A stretch of 64,000 bases of DNA from Candidatus Multivoradales bacterium (lineage in GTDB: Bacteria > Acidobacteriota > Thermoanaerobaculia > Multivoradales > Multivoraceae): assembly GCA_965223325.1 (NCBI GenBank), contig CBDCWI010000002.1, positions 1,440,001 to 1,504,000 on the forward strand, in the 5' to 3' direction. A program made the translations under genes and the position numbers. Below are positions 28,447-40,497 of the stretch, piece by piece. Numbering within the stretch: position 1 is the first letter of the stretch; every line of letters starts with the position of its first letter. The notes below the pieces were generated by a model, which searched no databases, had not been told where the DNA came from, and was given only the letters and a program-made list of their open reading frames with translations.

Positions 28447-29628
28447 TCAGGCAACTTCGAAGAGTCCCGCGGCTCCCATGCCGCCACCGATGCACATCGT
28501 CACCACGACGTACTTTGCCTTGCGACGGCTGCCTTCGATGAGCGCGTGACCGACCATGCGCGCGCCGCTCATTCCATAGGGATGTCCGATCGAAATGGCA
28601 CCGCCGTTGACATTGAGGAGTTCATCGGGGATGCCCAGCTTGTCGCGACAGTAGATGACCTGGACGGCGAAGGCTTCGTTGAGCTCCCACAGACCGATGT
28701 CGCCGACCTCGAGGCCGAAACGTTCGAGAAGCTTGGGAACCGCAAACACCGGACCGATGCCCATCTCGTCGGGCTCGGTGCCGGCAACCGCCATGCCGCG
28801 GTAGATACCAAGGGGTGCGAGACCGCGCTTCTCCGCTTCTTTGGCCTCCATCAAGACGGAAGCCGAAGCGCCATCCGAGAGCTGGCTGGCGTTGCCGGCG
28901 GTAATCGTGCCGCCTTCGCGCACCGACTTCAAGCCTGCGAGACCTTCGAGGGTGGTGCCTGGACGATTGCCCTCGTCTTGTTCGAGAAGGGTTTCCTTGA
29001 AGGTGATCTCTCCAGTCTCCTTGTTCATCACCCCCATGGTGGCTGGAGTCGGCACGATCTCGTCATCGAAACGGCCGGCCTCCTGGGCGGCGGCGGTGCG
29101 CATCTGGCTCTGGTAGCCGTACTCGTCCTGGGCCTCGCGCGAAATGTCGTAACGCTTGGCAACCACCTCAGCGGTGTCGATCATCGGCATGTGCAGCGCC
29201 GGAATGTTCTCTTTGATCCAGGGATCGGGGGTGCGGTAGCCGTTCATGTGTTCGTTCTGCACCAGGCTGATCGAATCGATGCCGCCAGCGACGACCACTG
29301 GTGCACGGTCGATGACGATCTGTTTGGCGGCGGTCGCGATCGACATCAGACCCGACGAACACTGGCGGTCCATTGTCATACCCGAAACATTGACCGGCAG
29401 CTCCGCCCGCAGCGCGATCTGGCGCGCAACGTTGAAGCCCTGCGAACCCTGCTGCATCGCCGCACCGAAGATCACGTCGTCGATCTCGGCCGGGTCGACC
29501 CCGGAGCGCTCGACCGCCGCCTTGACCGCGTGCGATCCCAGGGTCGGGGATTCCGTATTGTTGAACGAGCCTCGGTAGGCCTTGCCGATCGGTGTCCGGG
29601 CAGTGGAAACAATGACCGCTTCTCTCAT
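28447..29628 (-). CDS. Acetyl-CoA C-acyltransferase (thiolase) 1
   Basis: [42 protein letters not shown]. Confidence 0.95.
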   Translation of the reverse strand: MREAVIVSTARTPIGKAYRGSFNNTESPTLGSHAVKAAVERSGVDPAEIDDVIFGAAMQQGSQGFNVARQIALRAELPVNVSGMTMDRQCSSGLMSIATAAKQIVIDRAPVVVAGGIDSISLVQNEHMNGYRTPDPWIKENIPALHMPMIDTAEVVAKRYDISREAQDEYGYQSQMRTAAAQEAGRFDDEIVPTPATMGVMNKETGEITFKETLLEQDEGNRPGTTLEGLAGLKSVREGGTITAGNASQLSDGASASVLMEAKEAEKRGLAPLGIYRGMAVAGTEPDEMGIGPVFAVPKLLERFGLEVGDIGLWELNEAFAVQVIYCRDKLGIPDELLNVNGGAISIGHPYGMSGARMVGHALIEGSRRKAKYVVVTMCIGGGMGAAGLFEVA

Positions 29629-29737
29629 GGCGCTCTACTCTCCTCGACGTGTTCGAAACACGCTCGGTTCACTCAGATGGATGGTTGCGCGGGCGAGCGT
29701 ATCCCAAGGAGCTGGTGGGAAACCCCTGCCGGAAGCC

Positions 29738-30586
29738 TCAGTCGTCGAGCCAGCGGTTGAAGCGTGGCTCGCGACGATCACGAAAGGCGGCGACACCTTC
29801 CTTGGCGTCGGGGTGGTGGTCGGCCAGCGGGGTCTTCGACGCGATGTCGTCGAGGGCCTGATCCCAGGTCTGATCGACGGCGTTCTGCAGCGACCGTTTC
29901 AGGAGCCGCATCGCCACCTGCGGACCATTGGCCAATTCAGTGGCAAGATCGAGCGCGCGCTCGGTGAGCTGATCGTCGGGAACCACTTCGTGCACCAGGC
30001 CGAGCTCGAGCGCCTCGTCGGCGTCGACGATGCGCCGGCGCATCAAGAAGTCCATCGCCCGAGGCAGGCCGAGGGTCCGTTCCAACAGCCAGTGACCGCC
30101 CTCGTCAGGCAAGAGGCCAAAGCGCAGCGTGGCGCTGCCCATACGGGCGGACCGGGCGGCGATGCGGAAGTCGCAACACAGGGCGAGTGAAAAGCCGGTT
30201 TGAATGGCCACGCCGTTGATCGCCGCGATGGTCAGTTTGTCGAGCGCGCGCACCGCCGAGTTGAGTGGCTGCGAGATCTTGCGCAGGCCGTTGATGGTGC
30301 CGAGGGCATTGTGATGCCCCGGATGGATGTCGGGCATGACCGCGTTCTCGGAATCCGCCTCCTTGCCTGAGATGTCGTCACCGGCAGAGAACGCGCGACC
30401 CGAGCCTGTAAACACCAGCACCCGAAGGCGGTCGTCCATCGCCACCTGGGTCAGGACCTCCACTAGATCGCGCTTCATCGGCGCCAGCATTCCGTTTAAA
30501 CGGTCGGGCTCATTGAAGGTGACGATGGCGATGCCGGGGTCTTCGACATCAACGGCGAAGCTTTGGTAGGGACCGGGCTCGAGCAT
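29738..30586 (-). CDS. Enoyl-CoA hydratase/isomerase family protein
   Basis: FSAGDDI, IAAINGVA, CDFRIA, GLLPDEGG, KEGVAAF; start 30586 after AGAGGA. Confidence 0.88.
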   Translation of the reverse strand: MLEPGPYQSFAVDVEDPGIAIVTFNEPDRLNGMLAPMKRDLVEVLTQVAMDDRLRVLVFTGSGRAFSAGDDISGKEADSENAVMPDIHPGHHNALGTINGLRKISQPLNSAVRALDKLTIAAINGVAIQTGFSLALCCDFRIAARSARMGSATLRFGLLPDEGGHWLLERTLGLPRAMDFLMRRRIVDADEALELGLVHEVVPDDQLTERALDLATELANGPQVAMRLLKRSLQNAVDQTWDQALDDIASKTPLADHHPDAKEGVAAFRDRREPRFNRWLDD

Positions 30587-30778
30587 GGAAAGTATTCCTC
30601 TGCGGGCCGAAGGTGGCCGCATCAAACTGTCATCGGTGAGGTGAACCTCAGCAAGAGGAGACGCCGAAGCATAGCGCGCCCTACCCCTCGACCAGCTCGT
30701 TGAGAGAGCACGAAACGCGGTACTCTGACTCCCACCTGCTTTCCAGGTCAGCAACTTGCACCAAGCGGAGGTTTCGTC

Positions 30779-31576
30779 ATGCGACTTCGTCAGGTGGCGC
30801 TCGTCGCGCGTGATCTCGAGTCCGCGACCCAGCGCCTCGGTCAACTTCTGGGCATCGACTACGGGTACCACGACCCCGGGATCATCAAGTTCGGGCTCGA
30901 CAACTGGGTGGCAGCAATCGGCGACACCTTTCTCGAGGTGGTTTCACCAGTGCAGGACGAAACGACCGCTGGGCGCTTCCTCGAACGGCGCGGCGGCGAC
31001 GGTGGCTACATGGTGATCCTGCAAACCGACAGCCTGGCGGCGGCGCGGCAACGCATCGAAGGTGCCGGGGCGCGCATCGTGTGGGAGGCGCAGGGTGACG
31101 GCCCGGCAGGTGAGAAGACTCTGGGCCTCCACGTCCACCCCAGAGACTGCGGCGGCGCGATCCTGTCAGTCGACGAGTCCACGCCAACCGAGGCCTGGGT
31201 GTGGGCAGGACCGGAGTGGCAGTCGCATGACGCGGCCGCGGCGTCCATGATCATGGCGACCGAGCTCGCTGCCGCCGACCCGGCCACCATGGCCGAGCGG
31301 TGGAGCGAGCTCCTCGGCGGTGAGGTTCGAGAGGGCAAAGCTCCCGGTGATCGCCCGGCCTGGATTCTCGAGCTCGACCGCAGCAGCGTGCGTTTCGTTC
31401 ACGATGCCGAGGGTCGGGGCGATGCAGTGATCGGTTTCGACGTCGCCACCAGAGACGAGACGGCCCTCGAGCAGCGGCTCGCGGAGGTCGGCATTCCACT
31501 TGGCGGCGAAACCGGTGGAGTGCGCTGGGCAGACGAGGTCGGGGTCAGGGTCTACTTCCAGCCGCACCAGGTCTAG
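30779..31576 (+). CDS. VOC/glyoxalase-like family protein
   Basis: MRLRQVALVARDL, FLEVVSP, GDGGYMVILQ, HPRD; GGAGG RBS. Confidence 0.82.
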   Translation: MRLRQVALVARDLESATQRLGQLLGIDYGYHDPGIIKFGLDNWVAAIGDTFLEVVSPVQDETTAGRFLERRGGDGGYMVILQTDSLAAARQRIEGAGARIVWEAQGDGPAGEKTLGLHVHPRDCGGAILSVDESTPTEAWVWAGPEWQSHDAAAASMIMATELAAADPATMAERWSELLGGEVREGKAPGDRPAWILELDRSSVRFVHDAEGRGDAVIGFDVATRDETALEQRLAEVGIPLGGETGGVRWADEVGVRVYFQPHQV

Positions 31577-31587
31577 GAGAAAGGTCT

Positions 31588-32832
31588 ATGGACTTCGAAT
31601 ACAACCAGAGAACCCGCGAGCTGCAGGCACGGCTCAACGCCTTCGTGGACGAACACGTCTACCCCAACGAGAAGGCCGTCCATGAGCTCAGCCAGACCGA
31701 CCCGATGGCCATCCCGGCCTTCATCGAGCCTCTTAAACAGCAGGCGAAGTCCCATGGGCTGTGGAACTGGTTTCTGCCGCACGAGTACGGTGAGTTCAGC
31801 CCGGGCCTCAGCAATCTCGAGTACGCGCCGCTCGCCGAAGAAATGGGCAAGGTCTCGTGGGCATCGGAGCTCTTCAACTGCAGCGCGCCCGACACCGGCA
31901 ACATGGAGGTCCTGGCGCGCTTTGGCGACCGGGAGCAGCAGAAGCGCTGGCTACAGCCCTTGCTCGAAGGTGAAATCCGCTCAGCATTCTTGATGACCGA
32001 ACCGCAGGTTGCCTCGTCCGACGCCACCAACATCGAGACCTCGATCGTGCGCGACGGCGACAGCTACGTCATCAATGGTCGCAAGTGGTGGTCTTCGAAC
32101 ATCTACCACCCGGACTGTGAGCTGATGATCGTGATGGGAAAGACCGATCCCGACGGGCCACGCCACGCGCAACAGAGCATGATCATTGTCGAGCGCTCGA
32201 CACCCGGTGTCGAGCTGGTGCGACCATTGCCGGTCTTCAACGCCCTTCACTACCCGGCTGGCCACGGTGAGGTGCAGCTCACCGACGTTCGGGTGCCAGT
32301 GGGGAATCTCCTGCTCGGCGAAGGCCGCGGCTTCGAGATCGCCCAGGGGCGCCTGGGCCCCGGTCGCATTCACCATTGCATGCGCCTGGTTGGCCAGGCA
32401 CAGCGGGCACTCGACTACATGTGTCGCCGGGTCACTGAGCGACAGACCTTCGGCAAACAGCTCTCTGAATACAGCAGCATCCGGCAGGACATCGCCCGCT
32501 CACGCTGCGAGATCGAGCAGGCCCGACTGCTCGTCCTCTCGACCGCCGACAAGGTCGACCGTGAAGGTGCGAAGGCGGCGAAAGATCTGGTTGCGATGAT
32601 CAAGATCGTCGTGCCGGCGATGGCAGCCAAAGTCGCTGACCGTGCGATCCAGGCCTTTGGCGGCAAGGGAGTCTCCAACGACACACCGCTCGTCGACTAC
32701 TACATCGGAGGACGGTTCCTGCAGATCGGCGATGGGCCGGACGAAGTGCACATGTACCAACTCGGTCGCAACACCGTCCGGCAGACGATGGCCCGAGGGC
32801 GCCTGCACGTGCCGTACTTCGACGAACTCTGA
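31588..32832 (+). CDS. Acyl-CoA dehydrogenase
   Basis: NCSAPDTGNMEVL, MTEPQVASSDATN, GRKWWSS, QGRLGPGRIHHCMR, DGPDEVH. Confidence 0.95.
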   Translation: MDFEYNQRTRELQARLNAFVDEHVYPNEKAVHELSQTDPMAIPAFIEPLKQQAKSHGLWNWFLPHEYGEFSPGLSNLEYAPLAEEMGKVSWASELFNCSAPDTGNMEVLARFGDREQQKRWLQPLLEGEIRSAFLMTEPQVASSDATNIETSIVRDGDSYVINGRKWWSSNIYHPDCELMIVMGKTDPDGPRHAQQSMIIVERSTPGVELVRPLPVFNALHYPAGHGEVQLTDVRVPVGNLLLGEGRGFEIAQGRLGPGRIHHCMRLVGQAQRALDYMCRRVTERQTFGKQLSEYSSIRQDIARSRCEIEQARLLVLSTADKVDREGAKAAKDLVAMIKIVVPAMAAKVADRAIQAFGGKGVSNDTPLVDYYIGGRFLQIGDGPDEVHMYQLGRNTVRQTMARGRLHVPYFDEL

Positions 32833-32956
32833 GGCTCGAGTCGGTGCAGACCCCTTTATTCATGGGCTTCCGCAGCCCATGAATAAATACTAGTTTTTGT
32901 TGCTAAAATAGCTTGGTCCGGCGCCGCATGACGCGGCGTTCTCAGGAGACCAAGCC

Positions 32957-33388
32957 ATGAAGCACATCGACTCGCGCGCGATCATCCACACCGGCCTCAC
33001 CTTTGGAGGGCACCTCATGGTGCTGGCGATGGCTGGATACATGGTTCTCCAGCGCCTCGAGGAAGCACCCGCACCCTCCCTCGGGCGGGCTCAACTCGAG
33101 TTCTTCGTCATCGCCATCGGCATCGTCATCTCGCAGATCGGCGTGTTCAAGACCGCCAACCGCGTGTTGCCCGAACGACGGGTCTACCAGCTGCTGCGCG
33201 ACGAGACCGACCGCTTCATCGACATGGTGCGACGACTCAACCGGGCCAAGATCTCCGGCAAGACCGAGAAGCTCGCTGCGGTCGAAAGCGAGATGCGCGC
33301 CCACGTCGACGTCCTCGTCGCCGCCGCCGGAGTCGAGAACCCCGAAGCCCTCGCCGAAGCGCAGGAAGAAGCCCAGTCCGCCGCGTAG
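32957..33388 (+). CDS. Hypothetical two-TM membrane protein
   Basis: AGGAG RBS; two hydrophobic helices then a helical tail; AT-rich upstream region with TG-C-TAAAAT. Confidence 0.72.
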   Translation: MKHIDSRAIIHTGLTFGGHLMVLAMAGYMVLQRLEEAPAPSLGRAQLEFFVIAIGIVISQIGVFKTANRVLPERRVYQLLRDETDRFIDMVRRLNRAKISGKTEKLAAVESEMRAHVDVLVAAAGVENPEALAEAQEEAQSAA

Positions 33389-33403
33389 CCGGGTCAGGCC
33401 AGC

Positions 33404-34594
<1,191 letters not shown>

Positions 34595-34728
34595 GATGCT
34601 TCTCTCATAGACGGGTTTGGGTGGAGGCAATCAAAGTAGCAGCGCCCCCCACCGTGGTCAAACCGCGATCGGCAGAGGGAGCCGCTATCAACGTAGACTG
34701 CACTCCCCCACCTCAGGAGGCTCCCCCG

Positions 34729-36531
34729 ATGCGCCAAACCGCCCTCTCCGCAGTGCTCGTCTCCCTAGCCCTTCTTGTCGGCGCCTGTGACAGTACCGAG
34801 CCGCCAGACAGTGCGACAGCCGTCCATCAGGCGGCGGAGCTCAACGCCTTCTTGGACGCCGTCTTCGAGCGCGAAGTCAGCGAAAGCCCGATCCGCCAAT
34901 CGCGCCTCGGCCGCCTCACCGATCGCCTGGATGAGTGGGACGACTTCTCGGACGCCTACGCCGAGGAGCAGATCGAACAACGGCGGGAAGACCTCGAGAA
35001 GCTCCGGAGCTTCGACCGCGAGGCCCTTCCAGAGGCAGACCAGATCAGCTACGACCTCTTCGAGCTCAACGCGCAGCAGGCGATCGACACCCACGCATTC
35101 AGAAAGCAGTTCTACGTTGTTGATCAGTTCAACGGCCAGGTCTCCGACCTCTTGACCGTCCTCCAGAACAACCACCCCATCAAAACAACCCAGGACGCCG
35201 AGAACTACATCGCCCGAATCGCTGGTCTCGAGAACGTGCTTGGAGAACTCACCACGCAACTGCGTGACCGCGCCGATCTCGGAATCATCCCGCCGGCCTT
35301 CTCCTTCCCAGCGATGCTCGCCGACGCCCGTTCCATGGCCGACGGCGCGGCTCTGGCAACCGACTTCTCCCTGAAGATCGAAGAGCTCGAAGTCGCCGAC
35401 GCGGTTCGCGAAGGTCTGAGGGCGAGGGCCGCCCAAGCTCTCGAGGGCGCGTACAAGAGCGGTTTCAGGGGTCTCATCGCCGAGCTCGAACGCCTCGAAC
35501 CGCTCGCCAGGGACAACGGAAACAAGGGTGTCTGGTCCCTGCCCGACGGTGAAGCTTTCTACCGCAACCGAGTCCGGGCACACACCACCCTCGACCTGAG
35601 CGCCGACGAAATCCACGCCATTGGGCTGGTCGATGTCGAGCGCATTCACGAAGAAATGCGCGCCATCCAGGAACAGGTCGGTTTCGATGGATCGCTGCAG
35701 GACTTTTTCGAGTTCATCCGCAACGATCCGAACAACTACTTCGAAGACTCGGATGCCGGGCGTCAGGCGTTCCTCGAGGAAGCTCGTGGCCTGGTAGCTG
35801 AGATCTATGCCGTCGTCGGCGACTGGTTTCATCGCCTTCCCAAAGCCGAGCTCGAGGTGCGACGAGTCGAGCCGTGGCGCGAGAACTCAACCAGCATCGC
35901 CTTCTACAACCGCCCCTCCGAAGACGGCTCCCGCCCCGGCATCTACTACGCCAACCTGGCGGACATGAAGAGCGTGCAGAAGTACGTCTTCACCGCGATT
36001 ACGTACCACGAGTCGGTGCCGGGGCATCACTTCCAGATCGCGCTCGCACAGGAGCTGCCGGGGCTACCGAAGTTTCGCAAGTTCGGCGGCTACAACGCGT
36101 ACACCGAAGGCTGGGCACTGTACGGCGAACGACTCGCCAAGGAGATGGGCTTCTACCAGGAGCCGTTGCGCGATTTCGGCCGCTTGCAAGACGAGATCTG
36201 GCGTTCGGTGCGTCTGGTCGTCGACACCGGGATTCACGAGAAACGGTGGACCCGACAGCAGGCGATCGACTACTTCACCGAGAACACGCCGATCTCCGAA
36301 GGCGACATCATCACCGAGGTCGAGCGCTACTTCGTCAACCCGGGGCAGGCGCTCGGCTACAAGATGGGAATGATCAAGATTCTCGAGTTGCGCGACCGCG
36401 CCGAAGCGGCCCTCGGCGACGCCTTCGACATCCGAGACTTTCACGACGTCGTCATCGGCTCGGGAAGCCTCTCGCTGCCGGTGCTCGAACGGCAGGTCGA
36501 GCGCTACATCGAAGCGGAGAAGAACGCCTAG
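34729..36531 (+). CDS. DUF885 family lipoprotein (putative metallopeptidase)
   Basis: AGGAGG RBS; lipobox VGAC; YHESVPGHHFQ, EGWALYGE, RLVVDTGIH, PGQALGYK, FHDVV. Confidence 0.9.
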   Translation: MRQTALSAVLVSLALLVGACDSTEPPDSATAVHQAAELNAFLDAVFEREVSESPIRQSRLGRLTDRLDEWDDFSDAYAEEQIEQRREDLEKLRSFDREALPEADQISYDLFELNAQQAIDTHAFRKQFYVVDQFNGQVSDLLTVLQNNHPIKTTQDAENYIARIAGLENVLGELTTQLRDRADLGIIPPAFSFPAMLADARSMADGAALATDFSLKIEELEVADAVREGLRARAAQALEGAYKSGFRGLIAELERLEPLARDNGNKGVWSLPDGEAFYRNRVRAHTTLDLSADEIHAIGLVDVERIHEEMRAIQEQVGFDGSLQDFFEFIRNDPNNYFEDSDAGRQAFLEEARGLVAEIYAVVGDWFHRLPKAELEVRRVEPWRENSTSIAFYNRPSEDGSRPGIYYANLADMKSVQKYVFTAITYHESVPGHHFQIALAQELPGLPKFRKFGGYNAYTEGWALYGERLAKEMGFYQEPLRDFGRLQDEIWRSVRLVVDTGIHEKRWTRQQAIDYFTENTPISEGDIITEVERYFVNPGQALGYKMGMIKILELRDRAEAALGDAFDIRDFHDVVIGSGSLSLPVLERQVERYIEAEKNA

Positions 36532-36538
36532 GGACGAA

Positions 36539-37816
36539 CTAGCGGTGGACGACAACCGGCAGGTCTGAGAAGCCCTGTACGAACGACGAGCGCACCCGCA
36601 CCGGGTTGCCCGTGACCTCGATGTTGCTGAAGCGCTGCATGATCTCCTCCCAGAGAATGCGCAGCTGCATCTCCGCCAGGCGGTTGCCCATGCAGCGGTG
36701 AATGCCGAAGCCGAACGACATGTGGCGGCGAGCGTTCTTACGGTCAATGACCAGCTGGTCGCCGTTCTCGAACACCTCTTCGTCACGGTTACCGCTGGCG
36801 TACCACATGAGCACCTTCTCGCCGGCCTTGATCGTCTCGCCGCGAATCTCGGTGTCTTCGGTGGCCGTGCGACGCATGTAGGCGAGCGGCGTCTGCCAGC
36901 GGATGACTTCTGAGACCATGTTGGGAATAAGGCCCGGGTCGGCGCGCAACTTGTCGTACTCGGCCGGGAACTGATTGAGACCGAGCACCCCGGCGCTGAT
37001 CGAGTTGCGGGTCGTGTCGTTGCCGCCGACAATCAAGAGCACCAGGTTGCCGAGGAACTCCATCGGTGGCATGTCTTTCGTCGACTCGCCGTGGGCGAGC
37101 ATCGAGATCATGTCGTTGCCGGGCGGCTTGTTGATGCGCTCGTTCCAGAGGTTGGTGAAGTAGGCCAGGCACTCTCGGAGAATGTCCTGACGTTCCTCGT
37201 CGGTTTCGACCAGACCGCCAGGCTCGACGCGGGCGGTGGCGATATCCGACCAGTAGGTGAGCTTGCGACGTTCTTCGAACGGAAAGTCGAAGAGTGTTGC
37301 GAGCATCTGGGTCGTGAGTTCGATTGAGACCCGGTCGACCCAGTTGAACTCGTCCCCGATCGGCAACGAGTCGAGAATGTTGCAGACCCGCTCCCGGATG
37401 GTCTCCGACAGGGCGTTCAGGTTGCGCGGCCCAACCACCGAGCTCACCGCGTTGCGCTGCTCGTCGTGCTTGGGCGGATCCATGGCGATGAACATCGGCA
37501 TGCGAAAGTCGGGCAGCGGATCCGGAAGCGTGATCACCGGTTCCGATGAGAACAGATGGTGATGGGTGTCGACATACTGGATGTCGGCAAACCTGGTGAC
37601 CGACCAGTAGGGTCCGAACTCGTCGCCGCGGCTGTAGTGCACCGGTGCTTCTTCACGGAGGCGCTTGAAGTACGGGTACTGCAGGTGGTGCTCGAAGAGA
37701 TCCGGCACCGCGATGTCGATGTCTTCGAGGGGGATGCTGTAGGGATCACTGACCGGCATGATGCTGCCAGCATTGGGCTCCTGACCGCCCGAACTCTGAA
37801 CGACGGGTTCAGTCAT
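36539..37816 (-). CDS. Cytochrome P450, CYP153-like
   Basis: FIAMDPPKHDEQR, LIVGGNDTTRNS, EVIRWQTPLAYMRR and heme motif FGFGIHRCMG. Confidence 0.92.
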   Translation of the reverse strand: MTEPVVQSSGGQEPNAGSIMPVSDPYSIPLEDIDIAVPDLFEHHLQYPYFKRLREEAPVHYSRGDEFGPYWSVTRFADIQYVDTHHHLFSSEPVITLPDPLPDFRMPMFIAMDPPKHDEQRNAVSSVVGPRNLNALSETIRERVCNILDSLPIGDEFNWVDRVSIELTTQMLATLFDFPFEERRKLTYWSDIATARVEPGGLVETDEERQDILRECLAYFTNLWNERINKPPGNDMISMLAHGESTKDMPPMEFLGNLVLLIVGGNDTTRNSISAGVLGLNQFPAEYDKLRADPGLIPNMVSEVIRWQTPLAYMRRTATEDTEIRGETIKAGEKVLMWYASGNRDEEVFENGDQLVIDRKNARRHMSFGFGIHRCMGNRLAEMQLRILWEEIMQRFSNIEVTGNPVRVRSSFVQGFSDLPVVVHR

Positions 37817-37897
37817 CTTTCACCTTCCTTCTGAACGCCCTATCTATAGAAGGGCTGTCACTGTTGCTTGCAAGCTCCGAAGCCGCGGCGGGCCTAC

Positions 37898-38221
37898 CTA
37901 CATCTGGAATTCGGGAATCCGCACGACCAGGCCGTCGAGTTCCTCTTTGACCTCGATCTGGCAGCAGAGCCGCGAGGTCTCCTGACGATCTTCGTTCAGG
38001 CCCAGCATGTCTTCTTCCATGCCCTCGGCCCGGCCGCCAACCTTCTCGATCCACTCGCCATCGACGTACACGTGGCAGGTTGCGCACGAGCAGCCGCCGC
38101 CGCAGTCGGCATCGATTCCGGGAACCTCGTGGGCCATAGCGGTCTCCATGACCGAGTCACCGGGCTCCCCTTCGACGTCAAACTCCTCGCCGGCGTGGGT
38201 AATGAACTTGATCTTGGGCAC
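37898..38221 (-). CDS. 2Fe-2S ferredoxin (putidaredoxin/adrenodoxin type)
   Basis: DCGGGCSCATCHV...SRLCCQ; GTG start with AAGGA RBS; directly upstream of the P450. Confidence 0.93.
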   Translation of the reverse strand: MPKIKFITHAGEEFDVEGEPGDSVMETAMAHEVPGIDADCGGGCSCATCHVYVDGEWIEKVGGRAEGMEEDMLGLNEDRQETSRLCCQIEVKEELDGLVVRIPEFQM

Positions 38222-38286
38222 TGCTGCGCTTCCTTCTATGCCGTTAGCGGGACGCTGATTCTAGCGCAAACTGGCCGGTCGACCAG

Positions 38287-39594
38287 TTACTCCATGACGG
38301 CTTGATAGGTCGCGGTGACCAGATCTTGCCGGATGTTGAGGTGGGTATAGGGACGCACCTGGGTCATCATGATGCCGATCAGCTCTTCGGCCGGATCGAC
38401 CCAGAAGACCGTGCACAGCGCCCCGCCCCAGGCGTAGCTGCCGACCTGGGCAGGCATGCCGGAGCGCCCCTTGTCGGTCACCACGCTGTAGCCGAGGCCG
38501 AAACCGTACCCCGGCCCACGCAGCCAGACGTCGAGGTCGCCGATGTGGTTCGTGGTCATGAGCTCAACCGTTCGCGGCGCGAGAATGCGCTGGCCGTCGA
38601 GCGCGCCGCCGTCGAGCATCATCTGGTGGAATCGAAAGTAGTCGCGGGCCGTCGACGCAAGGCCGCCACCGCCGCTGAAGTAGGTCACTGGTGACGTCGG
38701 CACCTGGGGCTTCGCCACCCGCTCGATGGTGTTGTCCTCGCCGGGTCGGTAGTAGGAGGCAACGCGGGCGACGTTGTCTTTGGTGATGTGGAACGTCGTA
38801 TCGCGCATGTCGAGTGGGTCGAAAATGCGCTCCTGGAGGAACACATCGAACGACTGGCCCGAGATCACCTCGACCAGCCGTCCTACGAGGTCGGTCGCCG
38901 GACCGTACTCCCAGCGATCGCCGGGATCGAAGTTGAGCGGCAGCTTGGCGAGCTGCTCTGACATCTCAGCAATCGTTTCGGGGCGCTCCTGGCGCGACTC
39001 GAGATACGCCTCTCGGGTCAAACCGCGGTACGAGTTCGCAAGACCGGCCGTGTGCGTCAGGAGATGCTGCACGGTGATCGGCCGTGCCGCCGGGCGCGAC
39101 TTGTACGGCGTCGCGACATACTCCGCGTCGCCGGGAGGAACTGCAACCTCAGGGTCCGCCCATTCGGGCAGGAACTTCGCGATCGGGTCGCGAAGCTGGA
39201 AGCGGCCCTCCTCCCAGAGCGTCATCAGCGCGACTGATGCGATCGGCTTGGTCATCGACGCGATGCGAAAGATCGTGTCGCTGGTCATCGGCACCTGTTC
39301 TTCGACGTGCTTGTACCCCTGACTCTCGAAGTGCACGACCTTGCCGCGCCGCGCGATCAGGGTCACCGTGCCGGCGACCAACTCGTCGTCGATGTAGCGC
39401 TGCATCACATCGCGAACGCGTTCCAGGCGCTCAGAAGACATGCCGACGGCCTCGGGGCTCGCCATCGGCAGGTCGAAGGTGTCCGCGCCAGCATCACGGC
39501 CGCCATCTTCGCCCGCCACCGCGACCGGCAACAGAGCAAAGGCCACCGCCAGCAGCAGTCCCTGCAGAAACGAACGAACAACGTCAGATGCCAT
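38287..39594 (-). CDS. Secreted serine hydrolase, beta-lactamase family
   Basis: Signal peptide; IFRIASMTK (SxxK), LLTHTAG, WEYG, GGGGLAST, WGGA. Confidence 0.9.
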   Translation of the reverse strand: MASDVVRSFLQGLLLAVAFALLPVAVAGEDGGRDAGADTFDLPMASPEAVGMSSERLERVRDVMQRYIDDELVAGTVTLIARRGKVVHFESQGYKHVEEQVPMTSDTIFRIASMTKPIASVALMTLWEEGRFQLRDPIAKFLPEWADPEVAVPPGDAEYVATPYKSRPAARPITVQHLLTHTAGLANSYRGLTREAYLESRQERPETIAEMSEQLAKLPLNFDPGDRWEYGPATDLVGRLVEVISGQSFDVFLQERIFDPLDMRDTTFHITKDNVARVASYYRPGEDNTIERVAKPQVPTSPVTYFSGGGGLASTARDYFRFHQMMLDGGALDGQRILAPRTVELMTTNHIGDLDVWLRGPGYGFGLGYSVVTDKGRSGMPAQVGSYAWGGALCTVFWVDPAEELIGIMMTQVRPYTHLNIRQDLVTATYQAVME

Positions 39595-39834
39595 GGCAAA
39601 GTCCTCACGAATAGGGCCTCGGCAAGCCGAGGCAAAGTCTTGCGTCGATGAGAGTGAAACCCCAGTCTAGCCCCGCCCCACGACCCCACCACAGTCGGGG
39701 GGGCTTTCTTGCCTCCTCCGACCGGCAGTGGGGGCTTTCGGGCGTGCCGTACGGATTGCGGTGGGAAAGTCGGGTCGACGGTGTGGAGGACTGTGTGGGG
39801 GCGGCCGGCGGCGCTTCGACCGAAGCGTGGTTCG

Positions 39835-40332
39835 CTAGTCCTTGGCGGTCAGCTCCGCCCCGAGCCCCTGGAGCTGAAAGAGGGTGACGGGGCCGGTGAC
39901 CGTCGCGGGGTCGAACTCCTCGCCTTTCTCTTCCGCCAGGTGCTCGTAGTAGCCGACCGCCTGCTCCCTGGTGAGCTCGCGCTTCTCCAAGATGCCCTCG
40001 GCAACGACTTCTTGACCGCGTACCTCAGTCGGGAATTCGATGACTCCGTCATCGACCTTGAACCGGATCTGCTGCGCGGTCTGCTGGTCGATCACGTCGA
40101 TCCAGCAACCCTTCATCGGGCACACGTCTTCGACCAGACCGACGACGGTGACTTTCTCTCCCAGATAGGGTTCGGGGTCGGCGAGGAGCTCACCGATGCG
40201 CAAGGTCACAGCACCCGACAGCTCTTCGCCGTAATGGATGGAATCTCCAGAGTCGTCGGCAACTGCCGGTGCGAACGATATGAGAATGAGCGATGCGGCG
40301 GCAAGCAGGGTAGGAACTGTGTGAATGCGCAT
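39835..40332 (-). CDS. DUF4920-like secreted OB-fold protein
   Basis: AAGGAG RBS; signal peptide; VEDVCPMKGCW, FKVDDG, AEG, HLAEE. Confidence 0.75.
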   Translation of the reverse strand: MRIHTVPTLLAAASLILISFAPAVADDSGDSIHYGEELSGAVTLRIGELLADPEPYLGEKVTVVGLVEDVCPMKGCWIDVIDQQTAQQIRFKVDDGVIEFPTEVRGQEVVAEGILEKRELTREQAVGYYEHLAEEKGEEFDPATVTGPVTLFQLQGLGAELTAKD

Positions 40333-40497
40333 GCGCGGTCTCCTTGGAGGTGGGTTCGGCGAACTCGATTCGGGCCTGGATCGACGCGAGGGCCTCTCCA
40401 TCGCGCCCGCGAGCCCGTGTTTCCAGAGAGTCTAGCCAAGGCAGCGAGCGCTCTTCCACTGGGCCAACTACCTACTTCGAGCGAGCAGCAGGACCGA

